A stretch of 57,173 nt of DNA, taken from a virus (taxonomy: Duplodnaviria; Caudoviricetes). Where the stretch lies: the IMG/VR virus record IMGVR_UViG_3300042879_000407, positions 1-57,173 of that record. One strand, given 5' to 3'. Positions 47,427-53,602 of the stretch are shown here, one piece after another (positions within the stretch are counted from its first letter, which is position 1; each line of letters opens with the position of its first letter). The position numbers were made by a program, and so were the translations under genes. The notes below the pieces were generated by a model that ran no database searches, was not told the DNA's origin, and saw only the letters and a list, made by a program, of their open reading frames with translations.

Positions 47427-47546
47427 TCAGTTAAACAACAACCACACCGTAGCCGTGGCTACAGCGACCAACCCCCCGTGGATTGCCCCACGGCGGTACA
47501 CCATCCAGAGGATGGCTTCGTACTCCTCACGAGTCACGATTCTCAT
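47427..47546 (-). CDS. 39-aa membrane peptide (not in ORF track)
   Basis: MRIVTREEYEAILW...GLVAVATATVWLLFN. Confidence 0.5.
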   Translation of the reverse strand: MRIVTREEYEAILWMVYRRGAIHGGLVAVATATVWLLFN

Positions 47547-47739
47547 TCCGCACGCCCTTCATCATCACTTTGAACAGCAAAGACTTCCAGCCATGCTCAT
47601 TGGCCTCTGCCATATCGTGTAACTCCTCGTAGGCTTTACCTAGCACGGGTAACCGCATGGACTCCACCTCCATCACCTGTGCAGTTCTGGCTACGGCCAC
47701 CCGTAGGGCTATAAGTGCTTTACGGTCTTCGTCGTTCAT
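47527..47739 (-). CDS. Hypothetical protein
   Basis: SD GAGGAGG. Confidence 0.6.
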   Translation of the reverse strand: MNDEDRKALIALRVAVARTAQVMEVESMRLPVLGKAYEELHDMAEANEHGWKSLLFKVMMKGVRNENRDS

Positions 47740-47906
47740 GGCTTACCCTCCTCTTTTAAGACATCTAAAATGTTGTGATGGGTGGGATGCACCTCGTAAA
47801 ACTGTTCCACGGCATCGTCATACACCTCTGCCTCGCATCGAAACTCCAACGGCGGGTTGGGATGCACGGTCACTTCGTCTCGATATCTGATTAGATATTT
47901 GCTCAT
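47736..47906 (-). CDS. 56-aa hypothetical protein (not in ORF track)
   Basis: MSKYLIRYRD...; stop overlaps the next ATG. Confidence 0.55.
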   Translation of the reverse strand: MSKYLIRYRDEVTVHPNPPLEFRCEAEVYDDAVEQFYEVHPTHHNILDVLKEEGKP

Positions 47907-47908
47907 CT

Positions 47909-48127
47909 TCATCGCACTAACCCCCCTTTGTTCAACTGCTTAAGCAGCGACATATCGGTAATCACCATCGCATTGGATTTGTGGAACTGGCCGATAGTCC
48001 ATTTGTGTTTCCGTGCCACGGTCTCGGCACAGTCCTCGCAGAGGAACTCACCCCCATCGCTACGACGTTGCCTTGGTGCAGGCACTTCCGTGAAGATTCC
48101 ACGGGACTTACATGGACGACAGTACAT
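47909..48127 (-). CDS. Zn-finger-like small protein
   Basis: CRPC...CEDC; SD GGAGG. Confidence 0.6.
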   Translation of the reverse strand: MYCRPCKSRGIFTEVPAPRQRRSDGGEFLCEDCAETVARKHKWTIGQFHKSNAMVITDMSLLKQLNKGGLVR

Positions 48128-48140
48128 ATAACCTCCGAAG

Positions 48141-48160
48141 AAAAGGGGGCCGAAGCCCCC
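48141..48160 (-). terminator. Intrinsic terminator
   Basis: GGGGGC-TTCG-GCCCCC-TTTT on the minus strand. Confidence 0.75.
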
Positions 48161-48165
48161 CATGA

Positions 48166-48423
48166 TTAGGCTTTGAGTTTCAGACCGAGCAGTGCAATCT
48201 GCGCGTCCTTGAGGGCGGCTTCGATGTTCTTGATCTTACGCTCGGTAGCGTCCCACGGACTCTTGCTGTACTCACCACTGGCTGCTGCCAGAGCAGCCTC
48301 AAGCCGCTGAATGTGGGCCGTGATAGCCCGACGCTTATTGCTGTAGGTGCGACCGTACTGGACGCTGTACTTGGGGCCATTGGCACTGGCCCGACGCTTT
48401 TTAGCCTTGTTCACATCAGCCAT
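48166..48423 (-). CDS. Basic helical early protein
   Basis: SD GGAG. Confidence 0.65.
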   Translation of the reverse strand: MADVNKAKKRRASANGPKYSVQYGRTYSNKRRAITAHIQRLEAALAAASGEYSKSPWDATERKIKNIEAALKDAQIALLGLKLKA

Positions 48424-48469
48424 ACTTCAATACTCCATATGTTAATGATTGGTCTCATCAGGTGCCGCT

Positions 48470-48682
48470 TTACCAGCACTCACGCTGTCGTTCATTCGTC
48501 CACTCCCAATACTCCTTGAGTTCCTTTTTGGCTTCATCTACGTTGAAGTCGTTGTGCTCAAGAACTTCTATATAGTCCTTGTAACTGTACGTCTCAGCGA
48601 CCCAATGACCACCGGCTTCGTAGTGGGAAAAGGCATACTGCTCAAGGGTATTGACTACAGTTCTGAATGATTCAAGCGACAT
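48470..48682 (-). CDS. Acidic/aromatic early protein
   Basis: SD GGAGG. Confidence 0.65.
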   Translation of the reverse strand: MSLESFRTVVNTLEQYAFSHYEAGGHWVAETYSYKDYIEVLEHNDFNVDEAKKELKEYWEWTNERQRECW

Positions 48683-48700
48683 AAGTCCTCCAGAAGGGAA

Positions 48701-48721
48701 GGGGCAGGGGTTACCTGCCCC
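48701..48721 (-). promoter_or_regulatory. Hairpin with AGG-TAACC-CCT head, copy 3
   Basis: GGGGCAGG-TAACC-CCTGCCCC. Confidence 0.7.
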
Positions 48722-48728
48722 ATGTGGA

Positions 48729-48992
48729 TTAGAACAACTTGACCTTCTGCGAAACGGCAGCGGCCTCAGCGTCCAGAACAGTCAGACCCTCAAGGCTGTC
48801 AACTTTGAGGTAAATGGAACCACCGCCTTGCGGCGGGATGGACACCTTGAACGTACCGTTAGGGCCAGAAGCCTTCTGGACAACAAAGCCAGAGAACGTA
48901 CCGTTCTCGTTTACACGGGTAGCCTGTAAAGTTACCGTGATGGTAACCGGCTTGATGGGACGCTTGACGGTCGGGGTGAACTTTGTACTCAT
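48729..48992 (-). CDS. Early protein paralogue A (87 aa, beta-rich)
   Basis: SD AGGAG; about two-thirds identical to 49839..50099 by hand alignment. Confidence 0.85.
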   Translation of the reverse strand: MSTKFTPTVKRPIKPVTITVTLQATRVNENGTFSGFVVQKASGPNGTFKVSIPPQGGGSIYLKVDSLEGLTVLDAEAAAVSQKVKLF

Positions 48993-49042
48993 CGCTATTT
49001 GCTCCTATAAAGTTTACATATAGTCCCGGCTGGGACACCCCA

Positions 49043-49075
49043 ACACTGGCCGACGGGTCGCCGGACGTCAAGTTT
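49043..49075 (-). promoter_or_regulatory. Early promoter PA
   Basis: AAAC-TTGACG-N17-CAGTGT. Confidence 0.6.
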
Positions 49076-49181
49076 CGCCCCACTTGACATTGTGTGATCT
49101 AACCGCGCGCGCAGTTTAAGGTAAATAATCTAACTTTACTAGATCGTAGAACCCTAATGGAATCAATGACTTGGGCGCAAC

Positions 49182-49312
49182 AATCTAAATAATCTATGTT
49201 TTTGAAGATAATGTGGTGCTACATAGTTGGGGAGTAAGATACTGTATGGATATACAGTGAGAAAAAAAATTGTAGTAAGGCATATACACAAAAAACATAG
49301 ATTATTTAGATT
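49182..49312. repeat. Perfect 22-bp inverted repeat (49182-49203 and 49291-49312)
   Basis: AATCTAAATAATCTATGTTTTT versus AAAAACATAGATTATTTAGATT. Confidence 0.9.
49240..49259. promoter_or_regulatory. LexA (SOS) box, Gamma/Betaproteobacterial type
   Basis: TACTGTATGGATATACAGTG matches CTGT-N8-ACAG. Confidence 0.75.
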
Positions 49313-49583
49313 ATTTATATCATACTTTTCTTAGCACCTGTCTTTTCCCTTGTGGATTCAAGCACTTACGTAACCTTACATGTATAGTTAGTGATCTAAA
49401 TGTCAAGTTTGTGCGTAAGGTTTCACTTAGATCATTTAGATCATCCCTTTAAAATCAATGACTTAAATTCTTTGAGCGCTGTCCCCCTAGTTATTGCGAT
49501 ATAAAGCGACTGCGAGCCATGACCCCCCGACGTATAGTCTTACCTAAAACCTCCGTACAACACGCAACCGGCTGCACACAGGC

Positions 49584-49610
49584 AAAAAAAGACCCGCCTT
49601 TCGGCGGGCC
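49584..49610 (-). terminator. Intrinsic terminator
   Basis: GGCCCGCC-GAAA-GGCGGGTC-T7. Confidence 0.85.
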
Positions 49611-49615
49611 AGTGG

Positions 49616-49768
49616 CTACATTTTGTAGCGATGACGTTGGTAGTTCCAACTTATCCAAATCAGCCAAAGTGCTTCCCATTTTGTGTATGGGTGTTCATAC
49701 CTAAGACTCCAGTAGGTGTACCAGAATCCATACGCACCAAGACTACCGGCTACTTCAAACGGATGCAT
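49616..49768 (-). CDS. 50-aa Trp/Tyr-rich peptide (not in ORF track)
   Basis: SD GAGGA; lies between paralogue B and the terminator. Confidence 0.6.
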   Translation of the reverse strand: MHPFEVAGSLGAYGFWYTYWSLRYEHPYTKWEALWLIWISWNYQRHRYKM

Positions 49769-49838
49769 ATACGTATCCTCAGGCTAAGGGTTGAAGAGTC
49801 GGGCGGCCATCCTTGGCCGCCCTTCCCTAGGTTCTCCG

Positions 49839-50099
49839 CTAGAAGAGTTTAACCTTCTCGCGGGCAGTCGCTTCTGCGCCCGTCTGGACAGTCACGCCGT
49901 CCAGAGACTCCACCTTCAGGTAGATCGCACCGCCACCTTGTGGGGGGCTTACCGCCTTAAACGTGGCGTTCGGGCCTTTAGCCGCCTTGATCACGAAACC
50001 CGAGAACGTGCCGTTCTCGTTGATCCGGGTGGCTTCCACCGTCACCGTGAGAGTGACGGGCTTAATCGACCGCTTAACAGTAGGCTTGAAATCGCCCAT
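49839..50099 (-). CDS. Early protein paralogue B (86 aa)
   Basis: SD AAGG; paralogue of 48729..48992. Confidence 0.85.
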   Translation of the reverse strand: MGDFKPTVKRSIKPVTLTVTVEATRINENGTFSGFVIKAAKGPNATFKAVSPPQGGGAIYLKVESLDGVTVQTGAEATAREKVKLF

Positions 50100-50176
50100 A
50101 AAGCACCTTTACTTGTTAAAGAACCCGAGTGCCGCTCGGGCATCGGGTCGGAGGCGTTGTCGCCGCCGACAACTTC

Positions 50177-50208
50177 ACACTGACAGACTTTACACGAACG
50201 TCAAGTTT
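50177..50208 (-). promoter_or_regulatory. Early promoter PB
   Basis: AAAC-TTGACG-N16-CAGTGT, same boxes as PA. Confidence 0.6.
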
Positions 50209-50246
50209 GCGGAAGGGTCGCGGGTCGCGGAGAAGGAAGCGCGTGT

Positions 50247-50315
50247 GCGCGGGTGCGCGGGTGCGCGGGTGCGCGGGTGCGCGTGCGTGCGTGCGTGCGT
50301 GCGGGGGGGGGGGGG
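50247..50315. repeat. (GCGCGGGT)4-(GCGT)5-G13 tract at the divergence point
   Basis: Read directly from the sequence. Confidence 0.85.
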
Positions 50316-50415
50316 CACATGGACTGGCGACGGACGGCCCCCCCGGTTTAGAGTAAACCGCTTAAAGCAAGACCCAAAAAAACCAAAACTTTACATCAGC
50401 CACATCCGTCCCACC

Positions 50416-50424
50416 TGCTACACT
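50416..50424 (+). promoter_or_regulatory. Extended -10 promoter, probably leaderless
   Basis: TG-C-TACACT, 6 nt before ATG 50431; no SD. Confidence 0.5.
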
Positions 50425-50430
50425 CCCCCC

Positions 50431-50727
50431 ATGCGTAGAGACGGCATACCCAAACAGTTTCAACTCGCAGGCCACACCATCCAAGTGGTGAACGTCCCTG
50501 TTCGCAAGTGGAAGCACGGCAAGGATTGTGTCGGCATGTGGCTCCCGTCAGAAAATCGCATCGAACTTCTGACAACACTCAAGGGTACCCACCGCCAACA
50601 GGTCTTTCTCCACGAGGCTACCCACGCAATCCTCGACACCGCCGGATACTACGAACTCTCAGAGGACGAACCCTTGGTAGATCGGTTATCGCACCTGCTT
50701 CAGCAGATGCTCACCACAATGGAGTAA
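50431..50727 (+). CDS. Small HExxH zinc metallopeptidase-like protein
   Basis: VFLHEATHAIL...E; start corrected to MRRD. Confidence 0.75.
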   Translation: MRRDGIPKQFQLAGHTIQVVNVPVRKWKHGKDCVGMWLPSENRIELLTTLKGTHRQQVFLHEATHAILDTAGYYELSEDEPLVDRLSHLLQQMLTTME

Positions 50728-50729
50728 TC

Positions 50730-51098
50730 GTGCCATACAAGGACAAGGAACTAGCCCGCAAGAAGCAGAGAATTTACAGCCTCAACTGGTACTACAAGCA
50801 CCGCGAAGATCAGATAGCAAAGCAGAAGTTACGTAAGCGAGCCAAACGCAAGGAGTGGGAGGAGTACAAAGCCAAGCAGAAGTGCTCATACTGCGGGTTC
50901 AGTCATCCGGCGGTCATCGACTTCCATCACATCATCCGCAAGAACAAGAAGTCGGTAAACAAACTGGCGGCCGTCAGGAACAACATACCCGAAGCCATAC
51001 GCGAGGCGGAGACCAAGTGCATACCCCTGTGTTCGAACTGCCATCGGATACTGCACTGGAAGGAACTCAGACTTGACAGGAAAAGATCTCAACGGTAA
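50730..51098 (+). CDS. HNH endonuclease
   Basis: CSYC...DFHH...LCSNCHRILH; GTG start. Confidence 0.85.
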   Translation: MPYKDKELARKKQRIYSLNWYYKHREDQIAKQKLRKRAKRKEWEEYKAKQKCSYCGFSHPAVIDFHHIIRKNKKSVNKLAAVRNNIPEAIREAETKCIPLCSNCHRILHWKELRLDRKRSQR

Positions 51099-51101
51099 AA
51101 C
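51073..51101 (+). promoter_or_regulatory. Sigma70-like promoter, probably leaderless, for the small terminase
   Basis: TTGACA-N17-TAAAAC, 6 nt before ATG 51108. Confidence 0.65.
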
Positions 51102-51107
51102 CCTCTC

Positions 51108-51608
51108 ATGGACTACCATCCGCTTCGCCCTACGAAGTGGTCTGACCGACTAGCCTTTGACGTAGCATTGACTCTCGAAGGCAGCGGTGAGCCGCTGACG
51201 GACGTACTGACACGACACAAGATCACATCGACTGATCTACTGCGGTTCAACGCAGACCCTGTATTTTTGAAGAAAGTCGAACTCTTCCGCACGGAAGTGC
51301 GTGAGAAGGGCATAACTTTCAAACTCAAGGCCCGAGCGCAGGCCGAAGAACTCCTGACCACATCATGGCTTCTTATCCACGACCCAGTAGTTTCACCTGC
51401 TGTAAAGGCGGATCTGATCAAATCCACTGTCAAGTGGGCAGGACTTGAGCCTAAAGATACCCCCGTTGAGCAGGCAGGCGGTGGGGTCAAGATCACTATC
51501 AACCTTGGCAACAGTCCCGAGGACGCCCGCGTAATCGACCTAACCCCGGAGGAATCTCTTGGTGACTCTTCCTTTGAGCCTGAGCAGACGCTTTCACACA
51601 ACATTTGA
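51108..51608 (+). CDS. terS: Putative terminase small subunit
   Basis: Size, helical core, GVKITINLG C-terminal strand, position before terL. Confidence 0.65.
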   Translation: MDYHPLRPTKWSDRLAFDVALTLEGSGEPLTDVLTRHKITSTDLLRFNADPVFLKKVELFRTEVREKGITFKLKARAQAEELLTTSWLLIHDPVVSPAVKADLIKSTVKWAGLEPKDTPVEQAGGGVKITINLGNSPEDARVIDLTPEESLGDSSFEPEQTLSHNI

Positions 51609-51771
51609 CGGCTACGAGGCGGCCGTGTTCGACAACTCCTTGGAGTATCACAACTTCACGAGTGCGCTGAAGCAGCACGGATTATCGTTCTTGACACGCA
51701 TAACCAAGGGCAAAAGGAACGGCAAAAAAGTCCGTAGTTTCGTGGTGATGCTGGTCGAGGACGCCCAATGA
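51559..51771 (+). CDS. Hypothetical protein
   Basis: Overlaps both neighbours. Confidence 0.5.
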   Translation: MVTLPLSLSRRFHTTFDGYEAAVFDNSLEYHNFTSALKQHGLSFLTRITKGKRNGKKVRSFVVMLVEDAQ

Positions 51772-53156
51772 CGTTAGAAATTAACTACACGCCACCGCCT
51801 ACAGGCAAGAAGTTCATGCAGTCGGACGCCAAGATGCGCGTCCTCATGGGGCCGGTAGGTTCGGGCAAGAGCGTCACCTGCTCCTTTGAGATCATACGCA
51901 GGGCGAGTGGGCAACTACCCGACGAGAGAGGCAGGCGGCGCAGCCGCTGGGCCGTGGTGCGTGAGACCGCCCGGCAGTTGCAGGATACGACTATCAAGAC
52001 GTTTCTTGACTGGTTCCCGACCGGGACGTGCGGGACGTTTATGCGCACTACCAAGACGTACCTCTTCAAACTAGGGGATGTCGAGGCGGAGATCATGTTC
52101 CGAGCACTGGACGATGCCGATGACGTGGCTAACCTGAACTCACTAGAACTTACCGGCGCTTGGTTCAACGAGTGCAGAGACATACACCCCGACATCGTAG
52201 ACGCCATGAGTAAGCGCATCGGACGTTTTCCATCGGCCAAGGATGGTGGGCCTACTTGGTTCGGCATGTGGGGGGATACTAACCCGCCGACAATCGACAC
52301 TTGGTGGTACTACCAGATGGAGGGACTGGATCCCAAGGACGGAGTGTCTCCTAACGCAAATGGCTGGGCAGTGTTTAAGCAGCCGTCCGGACGATCGCCG
52401 TACGCCGAGAACGTGGAGAATCTGCCCGAGGGGTACTACGACACGCAGGGTCGCTCTGAGGAGTACATCCGCGTTTACATCGACGGTGAGTACGGGCTGT
52501 CACTGGCTGGTACGCCGGTGTACAAATACTTCAAGCCGGACTACCACATGGCTAAAAATGCGCTGCGGCATATCTCAAACGGGGTGCGGCCCATCGTGGT
52601 GGGGATGGACTTGGGACTTACCCCGGCGGCGCTCATCGGGCAGCAGGATCCACGGGGCAGGGCGCTGATACTTGACGAGTGCGTGTCGTTCGACATGGGC
52701 ATCCAGCGGTTTGTTAGGACTATGCTCAAGCCTAGGATCTACGAGCGCTTTCCCGGCGCTCCCATTTTGGTAGTCACCGACCCGGCTGGTGTGCAGCGAG
52801 CGCAGACCGACGAGCGCAGCGCGGTGGATATCATCAAAGCCGAGGGGCTTAAGGTAATCCCTGCAAAGACCAATAACATATCAGCACGTATTAACGCCGT
52901 TGACGAGTATCTCATGCGGCAAGTCGATGGCGACCCGGCCTTTGTCGTAGACCCGCGATGCACGCAGTTGAAAGCGGCCATGATGGGTGGGTATCGGTAT
53001 AAGCCCAGAGGTAACGGCGAGATCGACAAGAACAAACACTCACACGTCGCAGAAGCGCTTCAGTACCTCATGCTTCACATATCGAACGCGTCGGATGCCT
53101 CCAGCATTGGGCAGAAACGGGAAGTGAAAAGGATTGCAGCCGCCGGTTGGACTTGA
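51768..53156 (+). CDS. terL: Terminase large subunit
   Basis: GPVGSGKS, WFNE, DTNPP, GMDLG, HSHVAEALQY. Confidence 0.93.
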   Translation: MTLEINYTPPPTGKKFMQSDAKMRVLMGPVGSGKSVTCSFEIIRRASGQLPDERGRRRSRWAVVRETARQLQDTTIKTFLDWFPTGTCGTFMRTTKTYLFKLGDVEAEIMFRALDDADDVANLNSLELTGAWFNECRDIHPDIVDAMSKRIGRFPSAKDGGPTWFGMWGDTNPPTIDTWWYYQMEGLDPKDGVSPNANGWAVFKQPSGRSPYAENVENLPEGYYDTQGRSEEYIRVYIDGEYGLSLAGTPVYKYFKPDYHMAKNALRHISNGVRPIVVGMDLGLTPAALIGQQDPRGRALILDECVSFDMGIQRFVRTMLKPRIYERFPGAPILVVTDPAGVQRAQTDERSAVDIIKAEGLKVIPAKTNNISARINAVDEYLMRQVDGDPAFVVDPRCTQLKAAMMGGYRYKPRGNGEIDKNKHSHVAEALQYLMLHISNASDASSIGQKREVKRIAAAGWT

Positions 53157-53162
53157 TATGCT
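53134..53162 (+). promoter_or_regulatory. Promoter of the putative sRNA
   Basis: TTGCAG-N17-TATGCT with extended TG. Confidence 0.6.
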
Positions 53163-53168
53163 CTGCCG

Positions 53169-53235
53169 CGTTATCTCTTCGTTTCATCAGTTCTACTCCT
53201 ATTTTACCCCCGAAGTTCTTTCGGGGGTTCTTTTC
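53169..53235 (+). ncRNA. Putative ~65-nt anti-RBS small RNA
   Basis: Own promoter and terminator, no sense ORF, pyrimidine-rich seed UUUCAUCAGUUCUACUCCU. Confidence 0.55.
53206..53234 (+). terminator. Intrinsic terminator
   Basis: ACCCCCGAA-GTTCT-TTCGGGGGT-TCTTTT. Confidence 0.8.
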
Positions 53236-53238
53236 CTA

Positions 53239-53266
53239 TTGACATTGGGTATACTTGTGCTACAAC
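53239..53266 (+). promoter_or_regulatory. Promoter of the structural operon
   Basis: TTGACA-N16-TACAAC with extended TG. Confidence 0.6.
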
Positions 53267-53291
53267 CCGCATAACGCGGAGGAGTACGCGC

Positions 53292-53600
53292 ATGAAATGC
53301 AACAAGCCTTACACGGTTACGTCGTCGAACTCGAAAATGTCGGGTTCAGTTAAGCCGATCAAGTCCTACCAGAAGGGTGGCATGGTTACTAAGCCGCGCC
53401 AGATGAGCGCAGCGGAATTTAGCCGAAACATGATGGAAGACCCGCGTAAACCCGGCGCAATGATGCGAAATGCTCGCCGCGAAATTGAGAATGCCCCTAA
53501 GTACACCGAGAAGGAACGTGCGGCTATGCGAGAGGCTGAGGGCGCAGCCATGACCAAGAAAACGCAGGAAGGCTACAAGAAGTTCTACGGCAAGAAGTAA
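53292..53600 (+). CDS. Basic small protein with GGxV motif
   Basis: SD GGAGGAG; YQKGGMV. Confidence 0.65.
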   Translation: MKCNKPYTVTSSNSKMSGSVKPIKSYQKGGMVTKPRQMSAAEFSRNMMEDPRKPGAMMRNARREIENAPKYTEKERAAMREAEGAAMTKKTQEGYKKFYGKK

Positions 53601-53602
53601 AC

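Larger units (their letters stand above)
49095..49465. other. Putative replication origin (AT-rich, ATCTA iterons, IHF-like sites)
   Basis: About ten ATCTA/TAGAT copies; WATCAANNNNTTR matches at 49161-49173 and 49453-49465. Confidence 0.55.

Noticed and set aside
49963-50430. N-terminal extension of the 254-aa ORF in the track
   Set aside because: It runs antisense to paralogue B and through the microsatellite; the real start is probably ATG 50431
53069-53188. 39-codon minus-strand ORF with an AGGAG SD opposite the sRNA
   Set aside because: It overlaps terL antisense, and promoter and terminator polarity favour the plus-strand RNA; not fully excluded
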